Shown: positions 10,256-20,104, counted from the stretch's first letter. The stretch is 64,000 nucleotides of DNA from an uncultured Phycisphaerales bacterium (GCA_963758525.1 CAVWVQ010000003.1:1056001-1120000); one strand, 5' to 3'. Notes: generated by a model not told the origin, from the letters alone. A program made the numbers and translations.

Positions 10256-10402
10256 ACAGGTCCGATATACTTTTTCACCTGATCGATTTCAAATCCACGC
10301 TGAGTTTGTGACTGTCGGCAATCACGTCTCCGCGGGTTGCTCACCCCCCACAGAAGATACTGCCACAGAGGCGTTGGTGTCTTCCGGAGGGGAATGCGGA
10401 TT

Positions 10403-10521
10403 AACTAAAGGTGACGCGAACCTTAATATTGCGTATGCACCGTCAGTTTTGCCCTTCCTGCTTGCTTTTTGGCTTCCGCCATCCCGGCGGACGGCCGCGG
10501 GGGCGGAGGCTCTGCTGCAAG
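10403..10521 (-). mobile_element. Short RAYT 3' tail plus end motif, near copy of 6746-6862
   Basis: Shared run gcttgctttttggcttccgccatcccggcggacggccgcgggggcggaggctctgctgcaag and ggtgacgcga..ttaatat. Confidence 0.88.
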
Positions 10522-10562
10522 AAGGAAGTGATACGGAAGGAAGTGATACGGGGACGCAGCTA
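10521..10562 (+). repeat. RAYT-2-type end motif with tandem duplicated flank (GAAGGAAGTGATACG)x2-GGGACGCAGCTA
   Basis: AGTGATACGGGGACGCAGCTAG identical to copies at ~37818 and ~37922. Confidence 0.88.
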
Positions 10563-11730
10563 GTGTAGTGTATCATAAATAAGCTATCCTAATTATTAGT
10601 TGCGTGTCTGATCCTCCAACAGGAGGATAACCCCTTGCGCATCGCACCCGATGTCACCGTCACGGATGAACAACGTAGAGTTTTGGAACAGTGGTCGCGC
10701 GGCCGAAGCACGCCGGCACGACTGGTCCTTCGCTCGCAGATTATTTTGCAGGCTGCCGAAGGCGTCGCCAACAACCTGATCGCGCAGTCGCTGGAGACCG
10801 ACCGGTTGCTGGTCGGCAAGTGGCGCAAGCGATTCATCGAGAAGGGTCTGGAAGGAATCAAAAAAGATGCTCCGCGCGGGGGCCGTCCGCCGGTGAGTCG
10901 CAACGCGATGACCGCTCGCATCATCGAGTGGACCACCCAGAAAAGGCCGAAGAACGCCACGCATTGGAGTTGCCGGACGCTGGCCAGGGAATTGGGGGCC
11001 AGCTCCGCGATGGTCAATCGCGTGTGGCGGGCCAATGGGCTCAAGCCGCATCTGATCCATACTTTCAAGTTGAGCAACGACAAACAGTTCATCGAGAAAG
11101 TCGTGGACGTCGTGGGCTTGTACCTCAATCCGCCGGAGCACGCGTTGGTGCTCTGCGTGGATGAGAAGACACAGATTCAGGCTTTGGATCGCACTCAGCC
11201 GTCATTGCCGCTGAAGAAGGGACGATGCGGGACGATGACGCATGATTACAAGCGGAACGGAACGACGACGCTCTTTGCGGCACTGAATGTAGCCGAGGGA
11301 AAACTCATCGGCACATGCATGGAGAAACATCGGCATCAAGAGTGGATCAAGTTCCTCAGGCAGATCGACGAGCAGACGCCAGCGGACCTGGACTTGCACC
11401 TGATCGCAGACAACTACTCCACGCACAAGCACCCGAAAGTGAAGAGCTGGCTCAAGCGTCATCCACGCTTTCACATGCACTTCATCCCGACCAGCAGCTC
11501 GTGGCTGAATCTGGTGGAGCGGTGGTTCCGGGAGATCACGGACAAAAGAATCCGTCGTGGCGTTTTCCGCAGCGTGCCGGAGTTAACAGACGCGATCATG
11601 GCCTACATCGCAGCGCACAACGAGAACCCCAAGTCATTCGAATGGACGGCAAAAGCCGAGGACATTATTGTAAAAGTCCGACGGGCGCGCGAGGTGCTGA
11701 ATAAGAGTGTATTAGCCTGACACACTACAC
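10563..11730 (+). mobile_element. IS630-family insertion sequence
   Basis: TIRs GTGTAGTGTATCA / TGACACACTACAC; TA duplicated at 10561-62 and 11731-32 (CTAG target). Confidence 0.95.
10635..11720 (+). CDS. IS630 DDE transposase
   Basis: HWSCRTLA, VDEKTQIQAL, THDYKRNGT, IADNYSTHK, SWLNLVERWF. Confidence 0.96.
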   Translation: MRIAPDVTVTDEQRRVLEQWSRGRSTPARLVLRSQIILQAAEGVANNLIAQSLETDRLLVGKWRKRFIEKGLEGIKKDAPRGGRPPVSRNAMTARIIEWTTQKRPKNATHWSCRTLARELGASSAMVNRVWRANGLKPHLIHTFKLSNDKQFIEKVVDVVGLYLNPPEHALVLCVDEKTQIQALDRTQPSLPLKKGRCGTMTHDYKRNGTTTLFAALNVAEGKLIGTCMEKHRHQEWIKFLRQIDEQTPADLDLHLIADNYSTHKHPKVKSWLKRHPRFHMHFIPTSSSWLNLVERWFREITDKRIRRGVFRSVPELTDAIMAYIAAHNENPKSFEWTAKAEDIIVKVRRAREVLNKSVLA

Positions 11731-11732
11731 TA

Positions 11733-12139
11733 GTTGATAGCTTGAAATCTGACGGATTGAGCGTCAGCAAATGGGTGAGACCTTCGGCCTTCATCAAGGC
11801 AACGAGTTTCGTGTCATGGACTTGAACCCCGAAAACGGAGTGGGCCATGACGAGCCGCTTCCATTCCGCGTAGCTGGCGGCAGAATCAGTGAGCACTTCG
11901 ACGGCGAGTTCAATGAGGGCCAGCCGACGTTGTGCTTCCTGGGTCGTCAGACCGAACCCGCCACGGGCGGTGGCAGGCCTGGTCGTGACGTTCCAAAACT
12001 CCACGACATTTTGCATTCCGCAATAGAATGTGTCGCCCCGGCCCTTGAGAAGGTCCAGGGCATCAACCACGTCTTGATGTTGCGGGTCTCCTGGATGCAC
12101 CAGCCTCAGCAAGATTCCCGTGTCGAGCAGATACCGCAT
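11733..12139 (-). CDS. VapC/PIN-domain toxin with natural C-terminus replaced at RAYT motif/IS630
   Basis: YLLDTGILLR..QNVVEFWNVTTRP..VHDTKLVA..LLTLNPSDFK, then reads into the motif and IS (to 11603). Confidence 0.85.
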
Positions 12140-12306
12140 CAGTCGTGGTCGTCGTAAAGGTCAGCACGAGAAAAGTCTGCCGGGATGGGAGGAAGCGGCG
12201 GCATTCCCGCCGATGCATCATCAAGCCACTGACGAAACTCGGCCTGACGACGTAGCTTCTCCAAAGCTTGGGCGGCTTTTTCGTCAAGTGTCACGGTTGT
12301 CGCCAT
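12139..12306 (-). CDS. Small VapB-like antitoxin (55 aa)
   Basis: Manual: MATTVTLDEKAAQALEKLRRQAEFRQWLDDASAGMPPLPPIPADFSRADLYDDHD; TGATG overlap with toxin. Confidence 0.7.
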   Translation of the reverse strand: MATTVTLDEKAAQALEKLRRQAEFRQWLDDASAGMPPLPPIPADFSRADLYDDHD

Positions 12307-12402
12307 CGCACATCCCTCGAAAATGAGCTTATCATCGACGCTCCCCTTGGTCCATAATGGAGAGAACTAAAGTGGTGTGGCGAGCAACCGAATCCGGCCG
12401 GT

Positions 12403-12593
12403 AGCGGGGACGCTGGGAGGCAGCCAAGCGCGGCCGGCCGAAAAAGCCTCCCGGCACCAAGGCTGTGCCGACGCTCATTACCGTCGATCCTCAACTCCTC
12501 CGCCGTGCCGACGCCTATGCGAAAAGAGCCGGCCTCAGTCGCTCCCAGCTTTTTTCCGACGCTCTCCGTCGGCGAATTGAAATCGCGACGTGA
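12403..12593 (+). pseudogene. 3' fragment of RHH antitoxin, paralog of 39107-39403
   Basis: Nucleotide match to ~39213-39403 (AAKRGRPKKPPGTKAVPTLITV..ADAYAK.AGLSRSQLFSDALR). Confidence 0.85.
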
Positions 12594-12654
12594 AGATCAT
12601 CTGCCCATTCGAAGCTCGAGTGCTTCCGCGACAACTGGCTGTGACGAATTTTGG

Positions 12655-14790
12655 TTACTGCGCAGGTTCCGGCGTGGCGGTCTCCCGGCCGGGAGCGGTC
12701 GGGGCGGCGGAGGGATCCACCATCCATTGGCACGAGTCGGTGACTTTTCCCTGGCTCGTGATCGCAGTCGCTTTCACTTCATTGTTGCCGGGTTGAAGCG
12801 TCACATTGAGCCAGCGGAAAACCCTGACCTTATCCGGTGAAACCGCGGGCAGCGCCTTTCCATTGATGGTCAGCTCCACCTTGTCACAGTTCGAAAAGAC
12901 CTCAATCTCCGTCGCCGGCTTCCGTCGCGGAGTCGACCGGCTGGAGGCAATGTGGACCATTGGCTTGTCGGTCCAATTCGCCTGATAGAAGAAATAAGCA
13001 TCCTTCTTGATCTTGCGATCCTCGGTCACCAGCCCCTTGTCATTGACGCCGACAAAGCCTCCCTCGTGACGGTGCGCGGATTGGAAATCGAACATGCACC
13101 AGATAAAGGTTCCCCACAGGTGGGGATTGTCCTTGAATCGATCCCAGATCACCTCATGGACGTGGACTTGCCATTGTTCGGAGTGGAGCGGGCCCGCGCG
13201 CTTTTGGGTCAGGGGACCTTCCTGTTGCTCCTTGGGAGCGGGGTTGGCGCCAGCACCATATTCGCTATAGGCGATGCGCTTCCCTGCTTCGGCCGAGTCC
13301 TCCTTAATCAACGACTCAACCTTGTCGATCCCGGCGTACCAGCCAGGATAACGATTGAAGCTGGGGTGGTCAGGAATCTGGTTATAGGTTGTGTGACCTT
13401 TATAAATCGCGCACACGATCAGGCGCGACGGATCCAATTCTTTCGCGACCGCCTTGAGATGCTGGAGCAGGGCATCCGGCGCGGGCGTCGTGCTGAGTCC
13501 CAGCTCATTAAAGAGCCCCCAAAAGGCAATGCTGGGATGGTTGTAACGCTGGAGGATCATTTCGCGAAGCTGCTGCTCAGCGTTGGCGGCAAACTCAGGT
13601 TTGTTGGAAATGAGATTCACCAGCGGAATTTCATCCCAAAGCAGAATCCCATTATGGTCGCAGAGATTGTGGAGATAATCACTCTGGGGATAATGCGCCA
13701 GCCGGATGGCGGTAACGCCCATATCCAACATGATCTGGGCATCCTCATCATAGTTGGCGGGAGTCGCCGCCCAACCCTGATCGCCCCAGTCCTGGTGTCG
13801 ATTCACGCCATGGATCGGATAGGGCTTGCCGTTCAGTAGAAAGCCCCGCTGTTCGCTGATCTCGACCGTGCGCAGGCCAAGTGGTTGACTGATGGAGTCG
13901 GAAATGCCAGTCCCTGCGAGCAGGGAAACCGTTGCCGTGTAGAGATAGGGATCCTTGCGTCCATTCCAACGGTGGGGAGAGGAAATATTCAAACTGAGAA
14001 GAATCGACTTGGTCTTACCCGCTTCAACGGAGACGGGTTGGGTCTGGGTGGCCACGATCCCCCCGCCGGCGTCGGCGATATCAGCTTTGACCTGTACTTG
14101 CACCGGACTGGTTTTGCCGTTGGAAACCAGTGTCTTGACTTCTATTTGCGCCGCCGAATCGTTCAGCGATTTCGTCGTCAGGTAGACGCCGGGAGAGCCC
14201 AGCTCGAGCGGCGATATGCAGACCGGATCCGTGACGATCAGATGGACCGGACGGTAGAGCCCTCCATCGACGTTGAAATCTCCGCCTAAGGGTGCCACGT
14301 CCTTCTGGCCCGAGTTATCGACCTGGACCCGCAACTCATTGGCGCCGGGATGAAGAAGCGGCGTCAATTCGTAGCAGAAGGCGGTGAACCCCCCGCGATG
14401 TTCCCCCAGTTCCTGTCCATTCAGATAAGTCTTCGCGACCAGTGAAGCGGCTTCAAAACGAAGGAAAACTCTTCTCCCCTGCCACTCGGCCGGAACATCA
14501 ATGGTGCGGGCATACCAGCAGTCGCCCCGGTAATAGTTATTTTTGTAATGAGGATCTTTCTTGTGGTCGCCCTGATCGGCGCTCACCGTGTTCCAGGTAT
14601 GAGGGAGGGTGACCGCCTCCCACTGATCCGTCGCTGCGGTCAGGCCCGCGTCCTCTTTGATAAATTTCCAGCCATCGGCGAGGACCTGGTCCTGGCGTGT
14701 GGCCGCAGCTCCAAAAGCGATGGAGCCCCCGCAAAGAATTGCGCCCACGACGAGAACGAAAAAACGGAGTTGGCGTGTCAATCGATGCAC
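12655..14790 (-). CDS. Glycoside hydrolase family 2 (beta-galactosidase-like)
   Basis: GVNRHQD, IRLAHYPQ, NHPSIAFWGLFNE, SEYGAG, NDKGLVT; GTG start inferred. Confidence 0.93.
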   Translation of the reverse strand: MHRLTRQLRFFVLVVGAILCGGSIAFGAAATRQDQVLADGWKFIKEDAGLTAATDQWEAVTLPHTWNTVSADQGDHKKDPHYKNNYYRGDCWYARTIDVPAEWQGRRVFLRFEAASLVAKTYLNGQELGEHRGGFTAFCYELTPLLHPGANELRVQVDNSGQKDVAPLGGDFNVDGGLYRPVHLIVTDPVCISPLELGSPGVYLTTKSLNDSAAQIEVKTLVSNGKTSPVQVQVKADIADAGGGIVATQTQPVSVEAGKTKSILLSLNISSPHRWNGRKDPYLYTATVSLLAGTGISDSISQPLGLRTVEISEQRGFLLNGKPYPIHGVNRHQDWGDQGWAATPANYDEDAQIMLDMGVTAIRLAHYPQSDYLHNLCDHNGILLWDEIPLVNLISNKPEFAANAEQQLREMILQRYNHPSIAFWGLFNELGLSTTPAPDALLQHLKAVAKELDPSRLIVCAIYKGHTTYNQIPDHPSFNRYPGWYAGIDKVESLIKEDSAEAGKRIAYSEYGAGANPAPKEQQEGPLTQKRAGPLHSEQWQVHVHEVIWDRFKDNPHLWGTFIWCMFDFQSAHRHEGGFVGVNDKGLVTEDRKIKKDAYFFYQANWTDKPMVHIASSRSTPRRKPATEIEVFSNCDKVELTINGKALPAVSPDKVRVFRWLNVTLQPGNNEVKATAITSQGKVTDSCQWMVDPSAAPTAPGRETATPEPAQ

Positions 14791-14805
14791 AAATATTCCC
14801 TCTTC

Positions 14806-14843
14806 CTTCGCGTTTTTTCTTCGCGCCTTTGCGCCTTCGCGGC
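14806..14843. repeat. Periodic CTTCGCG repeat (REP-like)
   Basis: cttcgcgt..cttcgcgc/ctttgcgc/cttcgcggc. Confidence 0.5.
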
Positions 14844-14907
14844 TCTTTATTTTGCGGGTCCTCGAGACCGGGATTTCGAAGAACTCCATCACTTGATCGG
14901 GAAAGGT

Positions 14908-15576
14908 CTATCGCATCGGGGATCGCAGCCACTGCTGAAACGCACGCAAACCCGCATTTTCGTCCATGAGCATCAGCCGGGTGAAACGGTCGACAATCTC
15001 CGGCGTCATGAATGACAGCGCTTCGGACGCGGCGATGGGTTCGTAATCCCCCGACTCCGTGCGCCGAAAAAACGCAAACCGCTCGCCGTCGTACCGCCAC
15101 AGCTCGCGCACGCCCAGAGCGGCATACACGCTGGGGCGATCGATGGGCTCATGCGTAATGTCGATCTCGACCGCCAGATCGGGCGGAGGATCGCGTTTGA
15201 GATCGATGTCCGTGCGGCCGTGGACCGACGGCTCATTCTGAATGTAGTAGCACTCGTCTGCTTCCAAACCCTTCGCAAGATCCTGCCGTTTCCAGGTCGT
15301 TGAGCCGAAGCTGCTGACGGGAATCGCCAGCTCGAAAGTGGCCATCTCGATCAACCGGCCTGCCAGCTTCTTCATTCTCCCGTGAATGAGTGCCGGCGAC
15401 ACGAGCACCAGCCTTCCCTGGTCGTACGTGATGCGCATGTGCTGCCCGTCGGTGTCGCGGAGCAACAATTCGTAGAGCTCCCAGCTCACGTTTTCGAGCG
15501 CCATCACGCCGGCAACTCCGCAAACTCCGAGAATGTCTCTAGTGGCGGTCATGCCGATCTGCTTCTCTCGCGGCAT
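14908..15576 (-). CDS. Uma2/DUF820 restriction-endonuclease-like protein
   Basis: VSWELYE, RITYDQG, FGSTTWKR, EADECYYI, PPDLAVEIDIT, YAALGVRELWRYDG. Confidence 0.92.
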   Translation of the reverse strand: MPREKQIGMTATRDILGVCGVAGVMALENVSWELYELLLRDTDGQHMRITYDQGRLVLVSPALIHGRMKKLAGRLIEMATFELAIPVSSFGSTTWKRQDLAKGLEADECYYIQNEPSVHGRTDIDLKRDPPPDLAVEIDITHEPIDRPSVYAALGVRELWRYDGERFAFFRRTESGDYEPIAASEALSFMTPEIVDRFTRLMLMDENAGLRAFQQWLRSPMR

Positions 15577-15642
15577 AGCATAACGGTGCCGTTCAGGGTC
15601 GACAATCGGTTCAGACGGTGGCCTGTCCGGACGCTGCCGCAA

Positions 15643-15969
15643 TCACTTCGCGTGCTTCTGTCCCCATTCTTGCAATGCCTTGAGGATCGGGCCGAGCGTT
15701 CGGCCTTTGTCGGTCAGGAAGTATTCCGCGCGCGGCGGGTGTTGTTCGTAAAACCGCCGGTCGACGATCTCGCGATCCATCAGACTCTTCAGCCGGGCCG
15801 ACAGCGTGTTGGAACTGACACCTTGCAGCGACCGCTCAAAATCCCCAAAGCGGAGCGGCCCGCGCTTGAACAGATCACGCAGGATCAGGAGTGTCCATCG
15901 TTCGCCGATGACGTCCAACGTTCGGGCAACCGGGCAGGCCGTGTCGTCTTTCAACTTCATCTGCTTCAT
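15643..15969 (-). CDS. HxlR-family transcriptional regulator
   Basis: CPVARTLDVIGERWTLLILRDL..RFGDF..PPRAEYFLTDKG. Confidence 0.93.
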   Translation of the reverse strand: MKQMKLKDDTACPVARTLDVIGERWTLLILRDLFKRGPLRFGDFERSLQGVSSNTLSARLKSLMDREIVDRRFYEQHPPRAEYFLTDKGRTLGPILKALQEWGQKHAK

Positions 15970-16019
15970 CTTTCGTCTCTTGGGCTGAAATAACAACACC
16001 CGATAGACAAGCAAAACGA

Positions 16020-16046
16020 TAGTGACTACAATAAAACAAGTCACTA
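16020..16046. promoter_or_regulatory. Putative HxlR operator TAGTGACT-N11-AGTCACTA
   Basis: Perfect 8-bp inverted repeat between the divergent regulator and membrane gene. Confidence 0.65.
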
Positions 16047-16064
16047 ACTGAAGGAGACTCTGTG

Positions 16065-16928
16065 ATGAATTCCGCACTTGCAGAACGCAGTCGAAAGGCC
16101 TGGAGCTGGTTTCTTCTCGCCGTGGCGTTGGCCGGCGGCTGGTTCGGACTGAATCTCCTGCTGCCAAACCTGGCGGTCGGGCCGATTCCCACACGGCTGA
16201 TGTTCATCATCGCCGTCAACGCGATGTTCCTTTACGGACTCTGGCGGAGCCTGGCGCGCACAGACTTCCCGCAGTCCAAACGCGTCGCCGGCTGGCTGGG
16301 CGTTGCGCTCGTGTTGACGGTCTGGCTTGGGGCAACCTGGGTGCTGGCCGTGAACGGCGTCTTCCAGAAAAGCCTCGGCAAGGTCCCGTCGCTGCCGTTC
16401 GCAATCCTTCTTCCCGTTCTCCCCGGAGCATTCCTGCTGACGCGTTCGCGCACGGTGGCATCGCTGCTGGATGCAACCCCGCCGTCCTGGCTGGTTGGCC
16501 TTCAGCTCTACCGCATTCTCGGCGCGATGTTCCTGGTCTACTTTATTCGAGACGCCATGCCCGGCGCATTCGCTCTGCCGGCGGGAATCGGCGACGTCAT
16601 CACAGGCTTGCTCGCCCTCCCCGCGGCCGTCTGGATTGGCTCAGCCTCTCCAATCGGCACAAGAATCGGCATCCGGTGGAACCTGTTCGGCCTGACCGAC
16701 TTTATCGTCGCCGTCACCATGGGAATGCTGACTTCCCCCGGACCGGCGCATCTGCTCGCGCTCGACCATCCCAACGTCCAGATCGCCATGTTCCCCGCCG
16801 TCATCACCCCGGCTTTCGTTGTCCCCTTTTCGATCCTCCTGCACGTGCTTTCCCTGAGGCAGCTCAAGCGCGGGGCGAAGACATCCGCGGCAATTGCGGG
16901 GAAAGAACCCGTTCTGGCAACCGCATGA
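16065..16928 (+). CDS. Multi-pass membrane protein
   Basis: RBS AAGGAG; many TM helices; LVGLQLYRILG, AGIGDVITGL, WNLFGLTD. Confidence 0.8.
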   Translation: MNSALAERSRKAWSWFLLAVALAGGWFGLNLLLPNLAVGPIPTRLMFIIAVNAMFLYGLWRSLARTDFPQSKRVAGWLGVALVLTVWLGATWVLAVNGVFQKSLGKVPSLPFAILLPVLPGAFLLTRSRTVASLLDATPPSWLVGLQLYRILGAMFLVYFIRDAMPGAFALPAGIGDVITGLLALPAAVWIGSASPIGTRIGIRWNLFGLTDFIVAVTMGMLTSPGPAHLLALDHPNVQIAMFPAVITPAFVVPFSILLHVLSLRQLKRGAKTSAAIAGKEPVLATA

Positions 16929-16971
16929 AGGAGGGCCAAATCTAGCAGGGGGCCGCTCCCGGCCTCGAAGC

Positions 16972-17032
16972 GCGTCCCGTTATTGGTCTGCGTCCCGTTA
17001 TTCGTCAGTTGGATATTAACGCTCGCGTCACC
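16972..17032 (+). repeat. Stacked RAYT-type end motifs: GCGTCCCGTTATT x2 and GATATTAACGCTCGCGTCACC
   Basis: 16972-84, 16990-17002; 17012-32 matches the reverse complement of 6751-6771. Confidence 0.75.
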
Positions 17033-17037
17033 CGCAC

Positions 17038-17364
17038 TTGTTCCGAGGCCTTCGCGTTGTCTCGGCCTCGATCAGAAGCTACTGTTATTCATATGGAAAA
17101 CGTAACACGTACTGCACTGACGGATGGACGGATCTGAAAATTGAACGGGGTCGCAGATCTTCCGGACAAGTCCTGCGGTTTACGGTTCTGTTGCCAACGA
17201 CCAGAATCGTTGGCGTGGCAGAAATCCAGATTCCGTTAATGGAGGGCTACAGCCTGGCGGACAAGGTCGGTGAAGCCGAAGCAAAGAGCATTGAAGAGGA
17301 CCTTCAGGCGCTAGCCGTGCGCGTTGCGGATGCGGTTCAGAGCAGCGTCAGCAAGGCAAGCTAA
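17038..17364 (+). pseudogene. Probable 3' gene fragment starting at end motif
   Basis: No RBS; frame opens at the motif and stops 2 nt before the next ATG. Confidence 0.4.
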
Positions 17365-17366
17365 GC

Positions 17367-17869
17367 ATGACTCTCGTGCTGACGAATGTGACCGAGTATG
17401 GCATCGCCATGGCCGCGGACGACGCGCTCACCGAGCGGCTGGGCAAAGAAGTGAGGATTCTTCACGGAGCCACAAAACTCTTCGCGCACTACCACTGCCA
17501 TTGCGGCTTGGCAACTTGGGGTCTCGGTGCCCTGCCGAACAGAAACCCGGAGCACGCCCCATTTCGATCGAATTCATCATCAAGCGGTTCCTGCGAGAAG
17601 CGGTGAACGTCAATTCGCTTGATACACTGATTGCGGGGCTGGTAGACCGGCTGAACAATGAGCACCCCAAGGCTAAAGAAGCTGCCATGATCGACATTGG
17701 AGGGTGCGTCTTCGTCGACGGAATGTGGAATCCCGTCGTACATCAGATCGATCGAAGCAGCGGCCAGTCGATCTCATCCAAATCTTTCAGATCGCTGAAG
17801 AACTCAGACTCTGCTCCGTACGCATGGCTGTTCGTGAACACCGATCGCTGCCTCAGTTGCGACAGCTGA
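17367..17869 (+). pseudogene. Proteasome-beta-like Ntn-hydrolase, frameshifted near 17548 and probably truncated near 17750
   Basis: M-T1LVLTNVTEYG11IAMAAD17..TKLF..GLATWG. Confidence 0.6.
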
Positions 17870-17870
17870 T
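17743..17870 (-). pseudogene. Internal fragment resembling DarT (DUF4433) toxin
   Basis: VFTNSHAY..EFFSDLKDLDEIDWPLLRS. Confidence 0.6.
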
Positions 17871-17981
17871 GTACGCCGACTCCGGCCCGAGCGTTGGCAT
17901 TCCAGTGTTCCACCCCATTCTGTCGTCCCCGGTTGTCACGCGGCACGGGCGTCTCCGCCGGTCCAAACCTGTCTTTGGCGT

Positions 17982-18503
17982 TCAACGCTGAAGCGTGAAC
18001 TCGTCACGGATACTTGTGAACATTGCGAGCTTCTCGGGCGGCGGGGCAGAGCCGCCGAAGGTGAGGAATACCTTGAATGCGGAGGTGCCGCTCCGGTCGT
18101 AGAACTGAAAACTGAGCGTGTTCACGCCGTCCATGTGGCCGGGTTTCTCAACTGCGAACACGCCAGCCAGTTGCTGATGGCGGATGTGCATGTCAAGCGT
18201 CTTGGTTTGGACATTGAAGTATTCGCCGAACGTGCTGAAGTTCCCGAACTGGCCAAAGCATTCCAGCGTCACGGCCCCGTTTGTGGCGATGACGTGCACC
18301 TGTCCAAGCAACTCAAAACGGCGAATCAACTCCTCCCACCGCAACATGTCCAGTTCCACCGCATGTCCGGCTGGCAGGCAACGGATTACCTCGACTTCGC
18401 TCACGCCGAGCTCGCGGGCCACTTGAACGGTCATCTTCCGGCGATTGAGCTCGAGTGCCTTGCGGATACGTTCGATGGTCTGCTCTTGAGCGGCTTGCGA
18501 CAT
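17982..18503 (-). CDS. ChuX/HutX-family heme-binding protein
   Basis: ARELGVSEVEVIRCLP, YFNV, LSFQFYD, AFKVFL. Confidence 0.8.
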   Translation of the reverse strand: MSQAAQEQTIERIRKALELNRRKMTVQVARELGVSEVEVIRCLPAGHAVELDMLRWEELIRRFELLGQVHVIATNGAVTLECFGQFGNFSTFGEYFNVQTKTLDMHIRHQQLAGVFAVEKPGHMDGVNTLSFQFYDRSGTSAFKVFLTFGGSAPPPEKLAMFTSIRDEFTLQR

Positions 18504-18790
18504 GAACTCCAGCTTAAACCCCCGTGCACACCACACCAACTGTGGCCGATGTAATCATGTTGTTGGCGACACGTTCATACAGCGGCTGACGATCACTCAT
18601 CTTCGGCTGCCGCCCCCCGCTGTTTCGCGCATTGGTGGGCCGAAGTATCCCCGCGCTGCATGCTGTTGAAAGAGATTCTTCCGCGCAATTCGCGCTTTGA
18701 CGACTATCGGGTGGAGCACGACTTCATGCGCGGGGTTGGATTGACGGATTTGCCGTTCCATCCAGTTTCCTCTTCAGCGGCGACTGGCAC

Positions 18791-18808
18791 CATTACGCAT
18801 CTGTAATG
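18791..18808. promoter_or_regulatory. Palindrome CATTAC-N6-GTAATG, candidate response-regulator box
   Basis: ~100 bp upstream of moxR. Confidence 0.5.
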
Positions 18809-18911
18809 TTCCAGAAAGATTGCAGCCATCAGGCTGGTCTATTGTTTGACCAGTGCGAGCAACACCTGGGTTGCGGCATCGCGAGAAACTAACAGATAAG
18901 GACGCAGAACA

Positions 18912-20075
18912 ATGAACATCTGGAACAAGAAATCAGGCGGCGATGGAAATGGCGATGGTGCTGCGAACCATAGTGCGGCGGTCGCCGTACGCAACGCGCC
19001 ACAGGACAATCACGCAACCGGCACGTCAGTGTCCCCGGCGGCCACGCGATGGACTTCGGCGGCGCCGCGCACGGAATACGCCGGTCGCAACGTCAGCATC
19101 CAGGCCATCAATGAATCGGTGGCGCAGACTTCGGCCTGGGTGCGGCCGCTTCAACACGAAATCAGCCGGGTGATCGTCGGTCAGCAACACCTGATCGACC
19201 GGCTGCTCATCGGATTGGTCGGCAACGGACATCTCCTGCTCGAAGGTGTGCCGGGCCTGGCCAAGACGCTGTCGCTGAAAACACTCGCTGCCGCCTCGCA
19301 CATGAAGTTTCAGCGGCTGCAGTTCACACCGGACATGCTGCCCGCCGACATCGTGGGCACCATGATTTACAACCCGCGCGAGGGATCGTTCCACACCAAG
19401 CACGGCCCGGTCTTCGCCAATCTGGTGTTGGCCGACGAGATCAATCGCGCGCCGGCCAAGGTGCAAAGCGCGTTATTGGAGGCGATGCAGGAGCGCCAGG
19501 TCACGCTTGGCGACGAAACGTACAAGCTGCCCGATCCCTTCCTGGTGATGGCCACGCAGAACCCGCTCGAGCACGAGGGAACCTACCCGCTGCCCGAAGC
19601 ACAGGTCGACCGGTTCATGCTCAAGATCATCGTCGATTATCCGAATCGCACCGAGGAAAGGGCGATTCTCGACACGATGGCCAGCACCGAACCCAAGTTC
19701 GAGGTCGCCCCGGTCGTGACCGTCGACGACGTCATCCGCGCCCGCCACGTGGTCAACACGATCTATGTCGACGACAAGGTGAAGGACTACATCGTTGATC
19801 TGGTGCTGGCGACGCGCGATCCGCAGGGGCACGGCGTGGATCTCAACGGATACATTGAAAACGGGGCTTCACCGCGGGCGACGATCAATCTCACGGTGGC
19901 GGCGCGCGCCTCGGCGTTCCTCCAGGGCCGCGGCTACGTCACGCCGCAGGATGTGAAGGATCTCGCGCTCGACGTGCTGCGGCATCGGGTGATGGTCAGT
20001 TACGAGGCCGAGGCGGAAAACATTAGTTCCCAGGACATCATCCAGAAGATTCTGGAAACGCTGCCCGTGCCATGA
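18912..20075 (+). CDS. moxR: MoxR-family AAA+ ATPase
   Basis: LEGVPGLAKT, LQFTPDMLPAD, LADEINRAPAKVQSALLEAM, ATQNPLEHEGTYPLPEAQVDRF. Confidence 0.96.
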   Translation: MNIWNKKSGGDGNGDGAANHSAAVAVRNAPQDNHATGTSVSPAATRWTSAAPRTEYAGRNVSIQAINESVAQTSAWVRPLQHEISRVIVGQQHLIDRLLIGLVGNGHLLLEGVPGLAKTLSLKTLAAASHMKFQRLQFTPDMLPADIVGTMIYNPREGSFHTKHGPVFANLVLADEINRAPAKVQSALLEAMQERQVTLGDETYKLPDPFLVMATQNPLEHEGTYPLPEAQVDRFMLKIIVDYPNRTEERAILDTMASTEPKFEVAPVVTVDDVIRARHVVNTIYVDDKVKDYIVDLVLATRDPQGHGVDLNGYIENGASPRATINLTVAARASAFLQGRGYVTPQDVKDLALDVLRHRVMVSYEAEAENISSQDIIQKILETLPVP

Positions 20076-20104
20076 AACGCGCGGGCAATGAGCAAGGAGA
20101 TGCC

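Noticed and set aside
6746..10521. DGR template/variable repeat pair
   Set aside because: Differences are not adenine-specific, sequence is a RAYT tail, no reverse transcriptase
18510..18900. Cobalamin riboswitch or Fur box upstream of HutX
   Set aside because: No conserved elements recognised; an Rfam scan would be needed
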